The position numbers and the translations under genes are program-made. A stretch of DNA of 64,000 nucleotides from assembly GCF_001194135.2 (NCBI RefSeq), contig NC_068992.1:33017433-33081432 (forward strand). The letters are read 5' to 3'. Of this stretch, positions 63,376 through 64,000 are shown one piece after another (within the stretch, counting starts at the first letter, position 1; every line of letters begins with the position of its first letter). The notes under the pieces are model-generated. The model was given only the letters and a program-made list of their open reading frames with translations. It was not told where the DNA came from and searched no databases. The DNA comes from Octopus bimaculoides (lineage: Eukaryota).

Positions 63376-64000
63376 ATAATGATAACAATAATGATGATGA
63401 TGATTATTTAACTTTTTTAACTTTTGGCCTGAGGCCAGTACTTTTAGGAGTAGGTTAGTTGATTACGTCGATCCCAATGCTCAATTATTATTATTTATTT
63501 TATTGACCTCCAAAAAGACGAAAAGGAAGAAGAAGAAGAAGAAGAAGAAGAAGAATGCTCCAAATTTTGGCTCAATGCCATAGCATTAGGGAAGGGGGTT
63601 AGAGGTGTAATACATAGACTCCAGTACATGACTGGCACTTTATTTGACCAAATCTGAAAGGGATGAAAAGCAAAGTTAACCTGAGAGGTATTCAAACTCA
63701 GAACTTAAGATGTCAAAAGAAATATAGCATTTAGCTTGACACTAACATTTCTTCCCGGCACAGAACCCTCTTACACTTTTCCTCATTACCATCTTCGTTA
63801 TCATCATCATCTTCATGTACCTTGTCATCATCATCACCATAATTTATTTGTTAAATATGTGGATCTAGAATATTTCAAGTAATTTATTTCATAACATTTC
63901 TTTTTTTGCACATCTGGCCTTCAGTCAAATTTTACTTTATTTATTAAAATCAGATGTATTAATATTATTTCTCATTAATTATTACCATTATATAGCCATA

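Noticed and set aside
22443-63411. Long ORFs containing X runs (22443-23352, 34169-34885, 38377-39263, 47732-48141, 62380-63411)
   Set aside because: Their length is an artefact of N gaps. Only the RTE and R4/Dong portions are meaningful.
1-64000. CRISPR arrays, rRNA genes, intact tRNA genes, prokaryotic operons
   Set aside because: None seen. The sequence is eukaryotic repeat-rich DNA, and the tRNA-like hits are SINE heads or decayed copies.

Overview
AT-rich, microsatellite-laden, gapped eukaryotic genomic DNA. The SINE and microsatellite repertoire looks cephalopod, most likely Octopus (inference). I recognise no intact host protein-coding gene, so this is probably a large intron or intergenic region, and nearly all ORF-track entries are microsatellite, N-gap or chance ORFs. 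The window is a graveyard of mobile elements. DNA transposons: a full-length decayed DD34D mariner nested inside a Buster-type hAT relic, a DD37D maT fragment and several MITEs. LTR elements: two Gypsy relics and a non-autonomous LTR element with tRNA-Trp primer sites. Non-LTR elements: RTE, R4/Dong-like and CRE-like LINE pieces, several tRNA-derived SINE families and at least three Penelope-like element (PLE) remnants. The most notable structures are (1) four minimal type I hammerhead-ribozyme-like motifs at PLE 3' ends, including variant cores (CUGUUGA in two copies and a U3-A8 swap), (2) two long fold-back palindromes, one with a near-perfect inner half and a diverged outer half, (3) a decayed 277-bp tandem array carrying tRNA-like units, and (4) an LTR element with stacked primer-binding sites. 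Assembly gaps: 22633-23135, 34387-34733, 38705-39228, 47869-47946, 62539-63302.
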